In this document: piece by piece, positions 9,926-19,651 of the stretch
How the letters are laid out: the number at the start of each line of letters is the position of its first letter
Numbering within the stretch: the stretch's first letter is position 1
Assembly: GCA_042408215.1 (NCBI GenBank)
Contig: JAYFMW010000028.1
Location: 160,001 to 224,000, forward strand
Direction: 5' to 3'
Source: Microcoleus sp.
Lineage (GTDB): Bacteria > Cyanobacteriota > Cyanobacteriia > Cyanobacteriales > Microcoleaceae
DNA: 64,000 nucleotides
Notes under the pieces: model-generated
Told to the model about the DNA's origin: nothing
The model's database searches: none
Seen by the model: only the letters and a program-made list of their open reading frames with translations
Position numbers and translations under genes: made by a program

Positions 9926-10252
9926 TACAGCGTATTCCAGGTTTATGAAGTGTAGTAGGGACACGGCACCAGGCCCTTCTTCCTGTCAACTTAAGACTGA
10001 AACCCTTGATAAATATCGCTTTTAGCTAAGTCTAGATCCCCCTCGCATCCCCCTTAAGAAGGGAGTAGGGTGTGAGTAGGGGTTGACTTTGACTGCTCTT
10101 GTCCCCCCCTTCTTAAGGGGGGCTAGGGGGGATCTAAGCTTAATAGTTAAACAGCAGTCTGTGACAAGGTTTGACGTTAAGTTGACACCAATAGGCACAG
10201 CCCTGTCCCTACGGGCTCTGGGGTGTACTTCATAAACGTGGAATCTGCTGTA
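9926..10252. mobile_element. Outer MITE-like element (~27 bp imperfect TIRs, TA ends) enclosing a palindromic repeat and an inner MITE
   Basis: TACAGCGTATTCCAGGTTTATGAAGT at 9926 versus the reverse complement TACAGCAGATTCCACGTTTATGAAGT ending at 10252. Confidence 0.7.
9984..10193. mobile_element. MITE family A, copy 1 (TIR TGTCAACTTAA; left end degenerate)
   Basis: TGTCAACTTAAG...TTAAGTTGACACCAAT with internal CCCCCTT..TAAGGGGG palindromes; homologous to the copies at 16866, 29903 and 60923. Confidence 0.8.
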
Positions 10253-10523
10253 TATACAATCGCTGTCAGAGCCCCGACTTCTGAAGCTGCTGCCAGACAA
10301 AAAAAACCCGGCCATCGCTGGCTGGGGTAGAAAATTATCAGGGTGCATCTACTAATATCTGCAAGTATAGCACAACTTTGTGGGGTGTCACCCCTCATGG
10401 GTGACACCACCCATAAATTTTAATGAGAATAAGTTATAATTAAGCTGGTCAATGATTAATAAAACTTGTATGTTCGATAGTTTTGTTCCTGCTAATTTAA
10501 GATCTAAGATTTAGAATAAATCA

Positions 10524-11804
10524 GTGCTAGACCTCAAATTAATCCGAGAAAATCCCCAAGCCGTACAAGAAAGCCTCAACACTCGCGGAGGCAACTATGA
10601 AATCGAGCCGATTTTGCAACTAGACAGACAGCAACGAGAGTTGGAAGGGAAGCGATCGCAACTGCAAGCCCGCAGCAACGAAATTGCCAAACTCATCGGC
10701 CAAAAAAGAAAATCGGGTTTACCCCTCGAATCTCCCGAAGTTCAGGCATTGCAAGCAGAAGGCAATCAAGTCGGAACCGAGTCGAACGAATTACAAGCAC
10801 AAGAAAAAGACCTAAAAGCTCAAATAGAAGCCTTATTATTGCCCCTGCCTAACTTGCCCAGCTCGTCAAGCCCGATCGGCAAAAATGAAGACGAAAACAT
10901 CGAAATACGGCGCTGGGGAGACGAATACATTCCCCAAAATTCCGGTATTTTGCCCCACTGGGAAATCGGCGAAAAATTAGGAATTCTCAACTTTGAACGC
11001 GCTGTAAAAATTGCCCAACCCCGCTTTGTCAGCTTAATTGGAGCCGGTGCAGCCCTGGAAAGAGCGATTATTCAATTCATGCTCGATCGCCACACAAAAG
11101 CAGGTTATGTAGAAGTAATTCCCCCACTTTTAGTCAACACCGAATCTCTCACAGCCACAGGTCAATTGCCAAAATTTGCCGAAGAAAGTTTTAAATGCGA
11201 CCAAGACGATTTGTGGCTAATTCCTACGGCTGAAGTTCCGGTAGTCAATCTTTATCGAGGTGAAATATTGACAGCAGAACAGTTGCCAATTTATCACTGT
11301 TCTTACACTCCTTGTTTTCGGCGGGAAGCCGGCAGTTACGGCAAAGATACAAGGGGATTAATTCGATTGCACCAATTTAATAAAGTCGAATTGGTAAAAC
11401 TCGTGCATCCGAGTACCTCCGCAGCAGAGCACGAAAAGTTGGTGCAGGATGCCGAAGGAGTCTTGCAGGCGCTGAAATTGCCTTATCGGGCGATCGAACT
11501 GTGCACCGGCGACTTAGGTTTCGCGGCGGCAAAAACCTACGATTTAGAGGTGTGGCTACCTTCAGCAGGCAAATACCGCGAGATTTCGAGTTGTTCCAAC
11601 GTCTCAGATTTTCAGGCGCGGCGAGCTAATATTCGCTTTAAAGAAGCGGGTAAAAAAGGCACTCAATTCGTTCACGCGCTGAACGGTTCCGGTTTAGCTG
11701 TGGGCCGCACAATGGCCGCAATTTTGGAGAATTATCAGCAGCCAGACGGGACTTTAAAAGTGCCGGAAGCCTTACAACCATATTTGGGACGGGAAGTTTT
11801 ATAG
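10524..11804 (+). CDS. serS: Serine-tRNA ligase
   Basis: [50 protein letters not shown] and [10 protein letters not shown] motifs. Confidence 0.98.
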   Translation: MLDLKLIRENPQAVQESLNTRGGNYEIEPILQLDRQQRELEGKRSQLQARSNEIAKLIGQKRKSGLPLESPEVQALQAEGNQVGTESNELQAQEKDLKAQIEALLLPLPNLPSSSSPIGKNEDENIEIRRWGDEYIPQNSGILPHWEIGEKLGILNFERAVKIAQPRFVSLIGAGAALERAIIQFMLDRHTKAGYVEVIPPLLVNTESLTATGQLPKFAEESFKCDQDDLWLIPTAEVPVVNLYRGEILTAEQLPIYHCSYTPCFRREAGSYGKDTRGLIRLHQFNKVELVKLVHPSTSAAEHEKLVQDAEGVLQALKLPYRAIELCTGDLGFAAAKTYDLEVWLPSAGKYREISSCSNVSDFQARRANIRFKEAGKKGTQFVHALNGSGLAVGRTMAAILENYQQPDGTLKVPEALQPYLGREVL

Positions 11805-11820
11805 GCTCGTTTGTAGATGA

Positions 11821-11944
11821 TATCAAGTCCCCTTGAATAGTTGTCCCAAGTGAGTGTAGCGAAGCATCTCGCCCGATACTTCGCTACAGGTTGCACTCAG
11901 CATGACAGAGCGGTTTTTATGTAAGTGATTAACCGGACATGATA
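11821..11944. mobile_element. Small MITE-like element
   Basis: Terminal inverted TATCAAGTCC...GGACATGATA enclosing a TGAGTG...TGTAGCGAAG...CTTCGCTACA...CACTCA palindrome. Confidence 0.55.
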
Positions 11945-12056
11945 TGATTCAGCGATTGAAATCGCTACTACAAAAACGAAGTCCACTCAAGGGCGGACTA
12001 AGAAGTAATGCCATTACATCCGTTACATCCGTTACATCCGTTGCCGAACTTCCTTC

Positions 12057-13073
12057 TTACAATTTCAGCAATGCTTCTTTGATATTTAATGCTAAAAATC
12101 TATCCAATGGTAGATACATCCAGTAAATAGATAATTGACGATCGCTGTGAGTCTTATGAAACCCCAAAGCCAGGGCCTGTTTTTCGTAACCGGGGTGAAT
12201 CATCAGCGTGTACAAGTCGCAAAGATTGGGAAAATCTGTTTGCATTTCGACTAAAACTTTTTGTGCGTCTTCGAGGAAATCAATTCGGTATTCTGACAAA
12301 TACTGCGGCTCTATCATCCAACTGCGGATAAATACTGACTGGCAATTTAGATCTCCTGGTAGCGCCATATTGAAAGGATCGATATCGGAAATAGAACTTA
12401 AATGAAGGCTTTTGCTAGGCTCACTAAAAAAATTAACTTCCGATGAGGTAGCGGTGGGATAAAGTAAGTAAAACCCGACGGGATTGAGATTATCGCAGCG
12501 GCGCAAAACTCGCATTCCCTTTGAGTATTGACTAGCCAAAATCCGGAGGATTTTAGCAATTTTGTAGGTAACGGCGTTAGTGTTGCGGTTCATCCAGTTG
12601 TAATTGGTGGCTAATAAATTTGCCACGGTAATTGCGTCGCACCGAGGATTAAAATTATCTAATTGGAGTTGTACAGGCTTTTGAGGTTTGGCGGGATCTA
12701 AAATTTCCGGGATCGGTTGAATTTCAATTGCAGTAGTGTTACCGTCAAAGTGTTTTTTAATTAATCCCAGGGCTTCTAATTTATCTAACATCATTCCCGC
12801 CGCCCGATCGCTCCCTCGCTCGGAATCGCAGTAAAATAGTTCTCCGGCTTCCCGGTGGGTACACTGAACTTCTGTTTCTAGCAATTCCAGTTTCGCCAGT
12901 GGCGGTTTGATTCGGGGCTGGCTTTCCTGAAGCTGTTTCACCAATAAGTAAATCCACAGCCGTACAAAGCATTCAGCCCTAGTGCGAGTTACACCTACTC
13001 GTTTCATCAACAGCGAGACAGCCGTGCGTCGTTGAGATTGAGAATACCAAGCATTTAGTTGTGCAAAATCCAT
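12057..13073 (-). CDS. Conserved hypothetical protein, possible N-terminal winged HTH plus C-terminal GNAT-like fold
   Basis: 338-aa ORF. CTHREAGELFY...RAAGMMLDKLEALGLIKK resembles a wHTH; PVGFYLLYP and ALALGFHKT resemble GNAT strands (inference). Confidence 0.7.
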   Translation of the reverse strand: MDFAQLNAWYSQSQRRTAVSLLMKRVGVTRTRAECFVRLWIYLLVKQLQESQPRIKPPLAKLELLETEVQCTHREAGELFYCDSERGSDRAAGMMLDKLEALGLIKKHFDGNTTAIEIQPIPEILDPAKPQKPVQLQLDNFNPRCDAITVANLLATNYNWMNRNTNAVTYKIAKILRILASQYSKGMRVLRRCDNLNPVGFYLLYPTATSSEVNFFSEPSKSLHLSSISDIDPFNMALPGDLNCQSVFIRSWMIEPQYLSEYRIDFLEDAQKVLVEMQTDFPNLCDLYTLMIHPGYEKQALALGFHKTHSDRQLSIYWMYLPLDRFLALNIKEALLKL

Positions 13074-13785
13074 TTTAGTCGGGAAGCAGTGAAGGAACTC
13101 TACTTACATATTGGCTCAATTTCCGAAAAAACTTCACCCTGATTCAGGTTACTTGCGCTCGCTTTTGCTCGCTTTTGCTCAACTTACGTGATTTCGACAA
13201 GCTTTGAAATATAGCTGTTACTCCTGGCAATTTCACTGCTTCCCAAAGCAAAATCAGTTCGATCGTTACCTGGATTTTCCAGCACATTACACGGAGAACT
13301 TTCCGAATTATCTTCCCTAGAAATAGTTTCAACTCAAGGAGTTTGCAGTGCCGGAGTTTCTGCTTTAAATTACGCCGCCTCTCAACTCGAACTCGGCAAA
13401 AAAAAACAGCCCGTAGCTTCCGATTTTACCTCGCGCCTATTAAAAAGTACCATTTTTGAAACAGAGACTTCAGTGCGATCGGGAAAAACCATGCCTTTCG
13501 ATACAGAATTCTTGCGTTGGATGCTATCAAATTGCAGCGGAGCATTTTTGCGACAAAATCATCCCAATTCCACAGGAATTAGTTGAAAAATATAGCTTTT
13601 CTCAGTAACATGAGGTGCTATAGGGCATAGGGCATAGGGCATAGGGCATACCTCACTTTCTTGAGAACCGCTATAGAATGATTGAACTCGTTGATCGCGC
13701 CAACATCCAGTTTGTATGTATTCAGGATTTCCAAATTAAAATAGCACCAAAAGCTGGCTGGATTCCGACTACTACGAATTACGAA

Positions 13786-13862
13786 TTCCCAATGACCAAT
13801 GACCAATTACCAATGACCAATGACCAATTCCCAATGACCAATTCCCAATGACCAATTCCCAA
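13786..13862. repeat. STRR heptamer tract (CCAATGA/CCAATTC)
   Basis: About 11 tandem 7-mers. Confidence 0.85.
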
Positions 13863-14000
13863 TTAAGCTGCTGCTATCTGTGGGTATTCCGCTGAGGTCG
13901 GCAAATTCTGATGCACAACAATCCACTGGCCTGTAATCGGGTCGCGGTAAGTAATAAACGGATTAGATTTTAAGGGTTTACTGCAAGGTTTGACTACCAT
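13863..14000 (-). CDS. Small protein (45 aa) missed by the ORF track
   Basis: [45 protein letters not shown]. The NPF.TYRDP.TG.W.V core resembles a cyanobacterial microprotein motif I recall. Confidence 0.6.
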   Translation of the reverse strand: MVVKPCSKPLKSNPFITYRDPITGQWIVVHQNLPTSAEYPQIAAA

Positions 14001-14319
14001 GTCCACACACTCTCAATAACTTATCTTCAATAACTACTACAACACCATATCTTTAATAATCGCCTAATTCTTCTGAAATCAGCGTGATTTTTTACTCAAC
14101 TAAATGTGATATTTTCTGTTTTTTTATGTGACGCATAGCACTGGTAAATGGTGATTTTAAACTGCCTTTATAGTGAGCGGGATCACTATAAAGCAGCCAC
14201 TCAAAAATTCTACCTTCTGCCTTCTGCCTTCTACATTCTTGATTCCCACTATTTTAACTGTACATCTGATATTATTAAGTAAGGTAAAGACGTTTATCAG
14301 AGATCGCCCTCACAAACCT

Positions 14320-14973
14320 ATGGTGCTATTTGGATTTGGCAAAAAGTCGAGCCTGCCCTCTGCCCAAGACGCATTGCCGGGACGAGCAGAGTCTATGTCG
14401 GTACCGGCAAATCACTTTGTTAACCGCCACCCGCTCAAACCTCCTTTTCCAACCGGTATGGAGACTGCTATGTTTGGCTTGGGCTGTTTTTGGGGAGCAG
14501 AACGCAAATTTTGGCAGCAAAATGGAGTTTTTTCGACGGCAGTTGGTTACGCGGCTGGGATTACTCCAAATCCTACTTACAACGAGGTTTGCAGTGGGAT
14601 GACGGGACATAATGAAGTAGTTCTGGTTGTCTTCGATCCGAAGGTAATTAGTTACGAAACGCTCCTAAAAGTTTTTTGGGAAAGTCACAATCCGACTCAA
14701 GGAATGCGTCAGGGAAATGATTCTGGTACTCAGTATCGATCGGGAATTTACACCTATTCAGCTAGCCAAATGCAGCTAGCTGAAGCATCGCGGGACGCCT
14801 ACCAGCCAGCTCTGACAGCAGCAGGTTACGGCAAAATTACTACTGAGATTATTGAGGCTCCTGAGTTTTATTACGCAGAAAGCTATCATCAGCAGTATCT
14901 TGCTAAAAACCCTAACGGCTATTGCGGTTTGGGCGGTACAAAGGTTTGCTTGCCTGCAATGTCTCAAGCTTAA
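14320..14973 (+). CDS. msrA: Peptide-methionine (S)-S-oxide reductase
   Basis: GCFWGAE, Y.EVCSG.TGH.E, RQGND.GTQYRS and AE.YHQQY motifs. Likely start ATG 14320. Confidence 0.95.
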   Translation: MVLFGFGKKSSLPSAQDALPGRAESMSVPANHFVNRHPLKPPFPTGMETAMFGLGCFWGAERKFWQQNGVFSTAVGYAAGITPNPTYNEVCSGMTGHNEVVLVVFDPKVISYETLLKVFWESHNPTQGMRQGNDSGTQYRSGIYTYSASQMQLAEASRDAYQPALTAAGYGKITTEIIEAPEFYYAESYHQQYLAKNPNGYCGLGGTKVCLPAMSQA

Positions 14974-15108
14974 ATTTTTTAAGCTGAGATTTGGGAGGAT
15001 TTTTATCAACAGGCAAGATGCCTGTTCCACAATCTATAAAAATTATTGTGGGGCGGGTATTTTGCCAGCCACAGAAAGGCAAATAGGCTAGTTAAAGACA
15101 GGTAAAAA

Positions 15109-15414
15109 ATGCTGGCTGCTGTTGTAATTATCAATGTATTAATATCTCTGGTTTGCTTTTACATAGCTGGGAAATTGTGGCTTCTGCGGCGGACGATCGC
15201 ACTTTTTGAAGCGAGAATCACCGCAATGAATCGCTGTACCAGCTATGTCCTCGGCAAATCGCCCAATTTTTTTGCGAACAAGCAGCAACTTGCTCACCAG
15301 TTGCGGCGGGATTATCAACAACTAGAATTGCAACTGCAACAAGTTCAGCAACTGTTGGGATTGCTGGGTTTGGGACGGATGCTGTGGCTGCGGCGCGATC
15401 GCCCTTTGAGGTAA
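15109..15414 (+). CDS. Hypothetical membrane-anchored coiled-coil protein
   Basis: N-terminal TM helix, Gln/Leu-rich C-terminus, AGG upstream of the start. Confidence 0.65.
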   Translation: MLAAVVIINVLISLVCFYIAGKLWLLRRTIALFEARITAMNRCTSYVLGKSPNFFANKQQLAHQLRRDYQQLELQLQQVQQLLGLLGLGRMLWLRRDRPLR

Positions 15415-15568
15415 TAAGTTGTTGAGCATCAAAATTTCAGGTTTCGGGCGGGCTCTCCAGCCCACTCCATCAGAATTTGAAGCAATCAGAAAGCATATTT
15501 CTAGTTGTGGAAGTCGCTGCGATCGGGCAAACGCACCTAAAATTGGTTGAGGGAGAGAAACGATCACA

Positions 15569-15910
15569 ATGTCAACTAAACGTTCAGGATTATTTATTGG
15601 CGGCTTGTTGGTGGGTTCTGCCATCGGGGCCGTGACGGGCTTGCTGATGGCACCCAGAACCGGCAAGGAGACGCGGCGGATTTTGAAAAAATCGGCCGAT
15701 GCTTTGCCGGAGTTAGCCGAAGATTTATCGACTAGCGTCCAATTGCAAGCCGATCGACTTTCTGAATCTGCACTGCGAAATTGGGACGAAACTTTGATGA
15801 GATTGAAGGAGGCGATCGCAGCCGGCTTGGAAGCCACTCAGCGGGAACGCCAAACCCTGTCGGAAACTGAAGCCGAAGAGACTTCCCCGTCGCGCCCGGA
15901 TCTCCGCTAA
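15569..15910 (+). CDS. YtxH domain protein
   Basis: FIGGLLVGSAIGAVTGLLMAPRTGKETR is the YtxH signature. Confidence 0.88.
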   Translation: MSTKRSGLFIGGLLVGSAIGAVTGLLMAPRTGKETRRILKKSADALPELAEDLSTSVQLQADRLSESALRNWDETLMRLKEAIAAGLEATQRERQTLSETEAEETSPSRPDLR

Positions 15911-15994
15911 CTCAACAACTGTCACCCATCACTCATTGCTGTTCGGGATGGGCACTCCGATCCCATCCCACAATCATTTCATCGCACATTGACT

Positions 15995-16163
15995 TTGACA
16001 TACTCCTCTGGCTAAAGCCTAGAGGATTCTAGGGTCAAACAGCGATCGCAGGCGCAGCCCGTCTTACATCACCTAACCTAACGGTCGATGCCCCGACAAC
16101 GTATGATTTATACCATAGCTTCTTATGCCCTAAAGGGCAAGGCTTTAAACCCATTATTTTTTG
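15995..16163 (-). mobile_element. 169 bp non-autonomous IS200/IS605 (IS608-like) mini-element retaining the tnpB 3' end / right-end RNA region
   Basis: Minus strand TTAC|CAAAAAATAATGGGTTT-AAAG-hairpin (left end) ... VGASTVRLGDVRRAAPAIAV* coding remnant ... GAAT-CCTCTAGGCTTTAGCCAGAGG-AGTATG-TCAA| (right end). Confidence 0.8.
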
Positions 16164-16217
16164 GTAAAATTAGATGCACAGCATTTAGAAATCCCAAACC
16201 CCAAATCCGAGATTCAA

Positions 16218-16748
16218 GTGAGCGATCCCCTATTTTGGCTAGGACTTTCGATTTTGCTAGTCGCAGTTAGCTTAACTGCTGTTTTAGTGACTCTGATACC
16301 TGCGGTGCAAGCATTGACGCGGGCGGCGCGCAGCGTGGAAAAGCTAGCTGACACCCTTTGTCGCGATTTTCCGCCCACTTTGGAGGCGATTCGGTTGACG
16401 GGGCTGGAAATTAGCGAATTAACGGATGATGTCAACTCCGGCGTGCAAAGTGCGGGGGATGTTGTTAAACAAGTCGATCGCAGCATTGGTAGTGCGAAAA
16501 AGCAAGCGCAAAACGTGCAAGTTACAACTCGTAGTGTGGTGACTGGGATTAAGGCTGCTTGGAAAACTTTAACTCGAAAACCGCCGATTTCTGGGAGGAG
16601 TCGATCGGGCGATCGATTGTCGCCTAGTCAAAGAAGTGGGATTTCGATCGGGGATTCCGATTACGCTTCGAGGAGTAATGGGGAATCGGGGCGGCAAAGG
16701 AATAGCGAGGGTTCTAGTTTGTCGGGGGATGCTGAGGATTTTGGGTGA
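16218..16748 (+). CDS. DUF948-like membrane-anchored protein
   Basis: GTG start MSDPLFWLGLSILLVAVSLTAVL...RAARSVEKL.DTL.R.FPPTLEAIRLTGLEISELTDD. The track's TTG start at 16161 lies at the IS junction. Confidence 0.8.
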   Translation: MSDPLFWLGLSILLVAVSLTAVLVTLIPAVQALTRAARSVEKLADTLCRDFPPTLEAIRLTGLEISELTDDVNSGVQSAGDVVKQVDRSIGSAKKQAQNVQVTTRSVVTGIKAAWKTLTRKPPISGRSRSGDRLSPSQRSGISIGDSDYASRSNGESGRQRNSEGSSLSGDAEDFG

Positions 16749-16865
16749 GGATTTTGATTGAGTGCGATCGAAAGATTCTTGATTCCACCAAATTCCTCGA
16801 ATAAGTAATTATACCAAATCCGGCTTCAATAACGATTGGGTCGAAGGGACACGGGGCCCCGTGCC

Positions 16866-17082
16866 CATTAGTGTCAACTTAACGTCAAACCCAGTTACTG
16901 CTGTTTGACCATTAAACTTAGATCCCCCCGTCTTCTTGCCCCCTACTCAACCCCTACTCCCCTTCTTAAGGGGGGGACAAGAGTCTTCTCAAAGTCCCCC
17001 TTCTTAAGGGGGATTTAGGGGGATCTGGACTCGAATAAAAGCGATATTCCTCATGGGTTTTAGGCTTAAGTTGACACCAATG
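16866..17082. mobile_element. MITE family A, copy 2
   Basis: CATTAGTGTCAACTTAA...TTAAGTTGACACCAATG TIRs with internal CCCCTTCTTAAGGGG palindromes. Confidence 0.85.
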
Positions 17083-17127
17083 GGAACTGCCTTGTCCATA
17101 CTGTATAAGCCTTCTTCCTTCTTCCTT

Positions 17128-18906
17128 CTACTTAGCACAGCCCTCCCACCAGCAAGGATTCTTATCCATAAAATCCATCAAAGCATTATACTTAGGCGAA
17201 CCCTTTTGATCCACATACTCCAAAGCCCCCCAACTTCCCCACTTAGTAGATACACCCACATCCACAAAGTGCATGAAGAGACTACCTCCAGCCTGTTTCC
17301 AACTATTCAGTAATTGCGTGTAGAGATCGTACATTTCTGGACGCCTATTTAATTCCATAAAAAACTTGGTCAGTTTTTCGTTATTCTCAACTCCCTCAAT
17401 ACCTACAATATGTTGACCACCCTCATAAACAAATAACTTGAGACCTTTTTTTTGAACAACATCTAAGTAATATCTAAAGTCATTCTCCACATCGGGCAAA
17501 CTATCTTTGAAACCACCCAGTAAGCCGCCCTCTTTCAATTGCTTAAAAGCCTTACCAAACCCGCCATCGGCATCATTCAACCAAGACTCTACTGTGCTGA
17601 CACTTTCTTTCCCGCCCAAGTTACCACTAAAATATCCCGCTACAGCTAGGGCATCAATGCCGTGTTGATAACAAGGTTTATTGCCCTCAGCTACCCAATA
17701 GGAACACTCTAAAGCATAAGTTTCTAAGTCTCTCCAGGCTCTTTGAGTTCCTAACACGCAGACAACTCGATGCTTTTGATCCCCAAAAACCCCTTTCCAG
17801 ATATCGCACATTTGAGCACTACGCATTCCGTGCCATTGCATAAAAGCGTCCCCTTTATCTCCCCATTTCGCTTTACCTTGTTTCAAAGCATAATGGGATT
17901 GGGGAAAAGACCAATTCCAAACTTCATTAGAATATTCTACATAAACTTTCAGCTTGGGCTCTAAACTATCTTTTACCATTTTAGCAAAGTTAGTCATATA
18001 TTCATCCGTAGCCTGATGCGGCATATTAAACCAGGGTTCTGCTTGGACTTTATTAGCTAAAGTCACCATAATTTCTAGGGGAACATTTCCTCTGTAAGCA
18101 TAGGATACACTCTCTGGTTTAGGTCGGTTTGACCAGGCTTTTTGTTCAGAACCATTTGTGCCCATCCAGTCCATAAAACGCAAAGATCTAAATTTCTTAA
18201 TCTTTTCGATAAACAGTGGATTAAAAATTTCACCGCTTTGATAAAGCTGTTGATCTTGGGAGCGAATTACTCTAATATTGCGGATATAGTTCCCTGTTTT
18301 CTGAGGATCGGTAGCAGTAATTGTGAGCATTATGCCTCCGCCTTGTGTGGCATCCACATTGATGATATCCCTTCCGGGTTTGGACGCAGCTTCATCTTTT
18401 TTGGCATCATATTTATATTCGATCGCACCTTCACCGTCATAAGTAACAATATATTGCCCGGAAGGATAGCGATTGGGGATTTCCCGAAGTAATAGGGTAC
18501 TTACCCTAGTATATTTAGGAGGTTCTTCGGGAGATGGGAGAGACTTTACCCACCCATTTTCATCAAGATTTAAAAGATTATATTCTTCTGTATCCCATTC
18601 ACCTTTACAGTTGGGTTGTCCGCTGACGCATTGAGCGATCCATTTTCTAGAAGATTTGAAAGCATCTAAAAAGGGTAATTGTGTTGAGTAGTCGGCAATA
18701 CCGCTCAGTCCAATTCCTAGAGAAGAGTGAGAATTTGATGTATTTTTTACTTCTGCACGCACAGCTACTTTGCGATCTGCTTGCGGAGTTGTTGGAGAAA
18801 TCTTAGTTGTTAAAGCCCAACATCCGGGAATGAAAATGACAAAGATTAATAAACCTAGGAGAAAGCCAATAAGTTGATTTTTCTGTAGCATTTTTAAGGG
18901 AGACAT
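17128..18906 (-). CDS. Secreted/anchored 'cellulose-binding'-type glycoside-hydrolase-like protein
   Basis: N-terminal TM helix; LRFMDW, PLE.MV.LAN, PWFNMPH.A.DEY, VYVEYSNEVWN, YEGGQH and WGSWGALE motifs. Confidence 0.75.
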   Translation of the reverse strand: MSPLKMLQKNQLIGFLLGLLIFVIFIPGCWALTTKISPTTPQADRKVAVRAEVKNTSNSHSSLGIGLSGIADYSTQLPFLDAFKSSRKWIAQCVSGQPNCKGEWDTEEYNLLNLDENGWVKSLPSPEEPPKYTRVSTLLLREIPNRYPSGQYIVTYDGEGAIEYKYDAKKDEAASKPGRDIINVDATQGGGIMLTITATDPQKTGNYIRNIRVIRSQDQQLYQSGEIFNPLFIEKIKKFRSLRFMDWMGTNGSEQKAWSNRPKPESVSYAYRGNVPLEIMVTLANKVQAEPWFNMPHQATDEYMTNFAKMVKDSLEPKLKVYVEYSNEVWNWSFPQSHYALKQGKAKWGDKGDAFMQWHGMRSAQMCDIWKGVFGDQKHRVVCVLGTQRAWRDLETYALECSYWVAEGNKPCYQHGIDALAVAGYFSGNLGGKESVSTVESWLNDADGGFGKAFKQLKEGGLLGGFKDSLPDVENDFRYYLDVVQKKGLKLFVYEGGQHIVGIEGVENNEKLTKFFMELNRRPEMYDLYTQLLNSWKQAGGSLFMHFVDVGVSTKWGSWGALEYVDQKGSPKYNALMDFMDKNPCWWEGCAK

Positions 18907-19206
18907 AGATTTGACTAATTTGATGGTTACAGGTAAAATCGGAAAAGGCGATCGCCCATTTAATCTTTTTTATCCAAGTCTTCTGTTTTTGCGGTTTCTG
19001 AATTTGATGGGAATTCTATGGGAATGTTAATATCAATTGATACTGTACTTTATTGAAAACCTATATTAACTATTTTTACTAATGCTTCTGTTTGTATTGT
19101 GATGGAAAGCAGATCGAGTTGAGTTTGTTGATGCGGTGTGACGCCGAGTAGGAATACTCAGAGTCATTAATGGGCGCGAGCGCTTCAACTAACCTCAAAA
19201 CTATTA

Positions 19207-19560
19207 TCTGCCAAGGTTGGGCTGGCACAAGTAAAGTTTTGTAACAAAAAACTGGTTTTTTGCATAAAACTTGCAGACTGAACCCGATCGATAAATAGAG
19301 CTTTATTTGAGATGGGATAGCAAGCTCCTTTTGTTTCCCAAGTGCGATCGCCCCTCTCCCATCCCAAATCTCAAAGAGCGATCGCCCTTATTTTTCCTGC
19401 ATTGCGATCGCCCTTATTTTCCTGCATTGCGATCGCCCCCTAGTTGCCCCCAAGATTGGTATCTACCAAAGTCTGACCGCCCAAAAGTAAACTTTTGTAA
19501 CAAAAAACCAGTATTTTGCATAAAAATCGCAGATTCATACAGATAAAAACTATAGAGAGT
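19207..19560 (+). promoter_or_regulatory. Two copies (19207-19302, 19462-19560) of the ~95 bp upstream module
   Basis: GTAAA(G/C)TTTTGTAACAAAAAAC..GT.TTTTGCATAAAA.T.GCAGA core occurs twice and is homologous to 2204-2300. Confidence 0.55.
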
Positions 19561-19651
19561 TCTGAAGTTTAGACATCTTTGCGAATCAAAGCTAAAGACG
19601 CCCAAATAAAGCAACTATCAAGAACATCACACATAAGTAGGTTTATTCAAC

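Noticed and set aside
10022..10410. ORFs 10022..10348 and 10177..10410 (also 29946..30134 and 49784..50125)
   Set aside because: They run through MITE or palindromic repeat sequence and show no protein family features.
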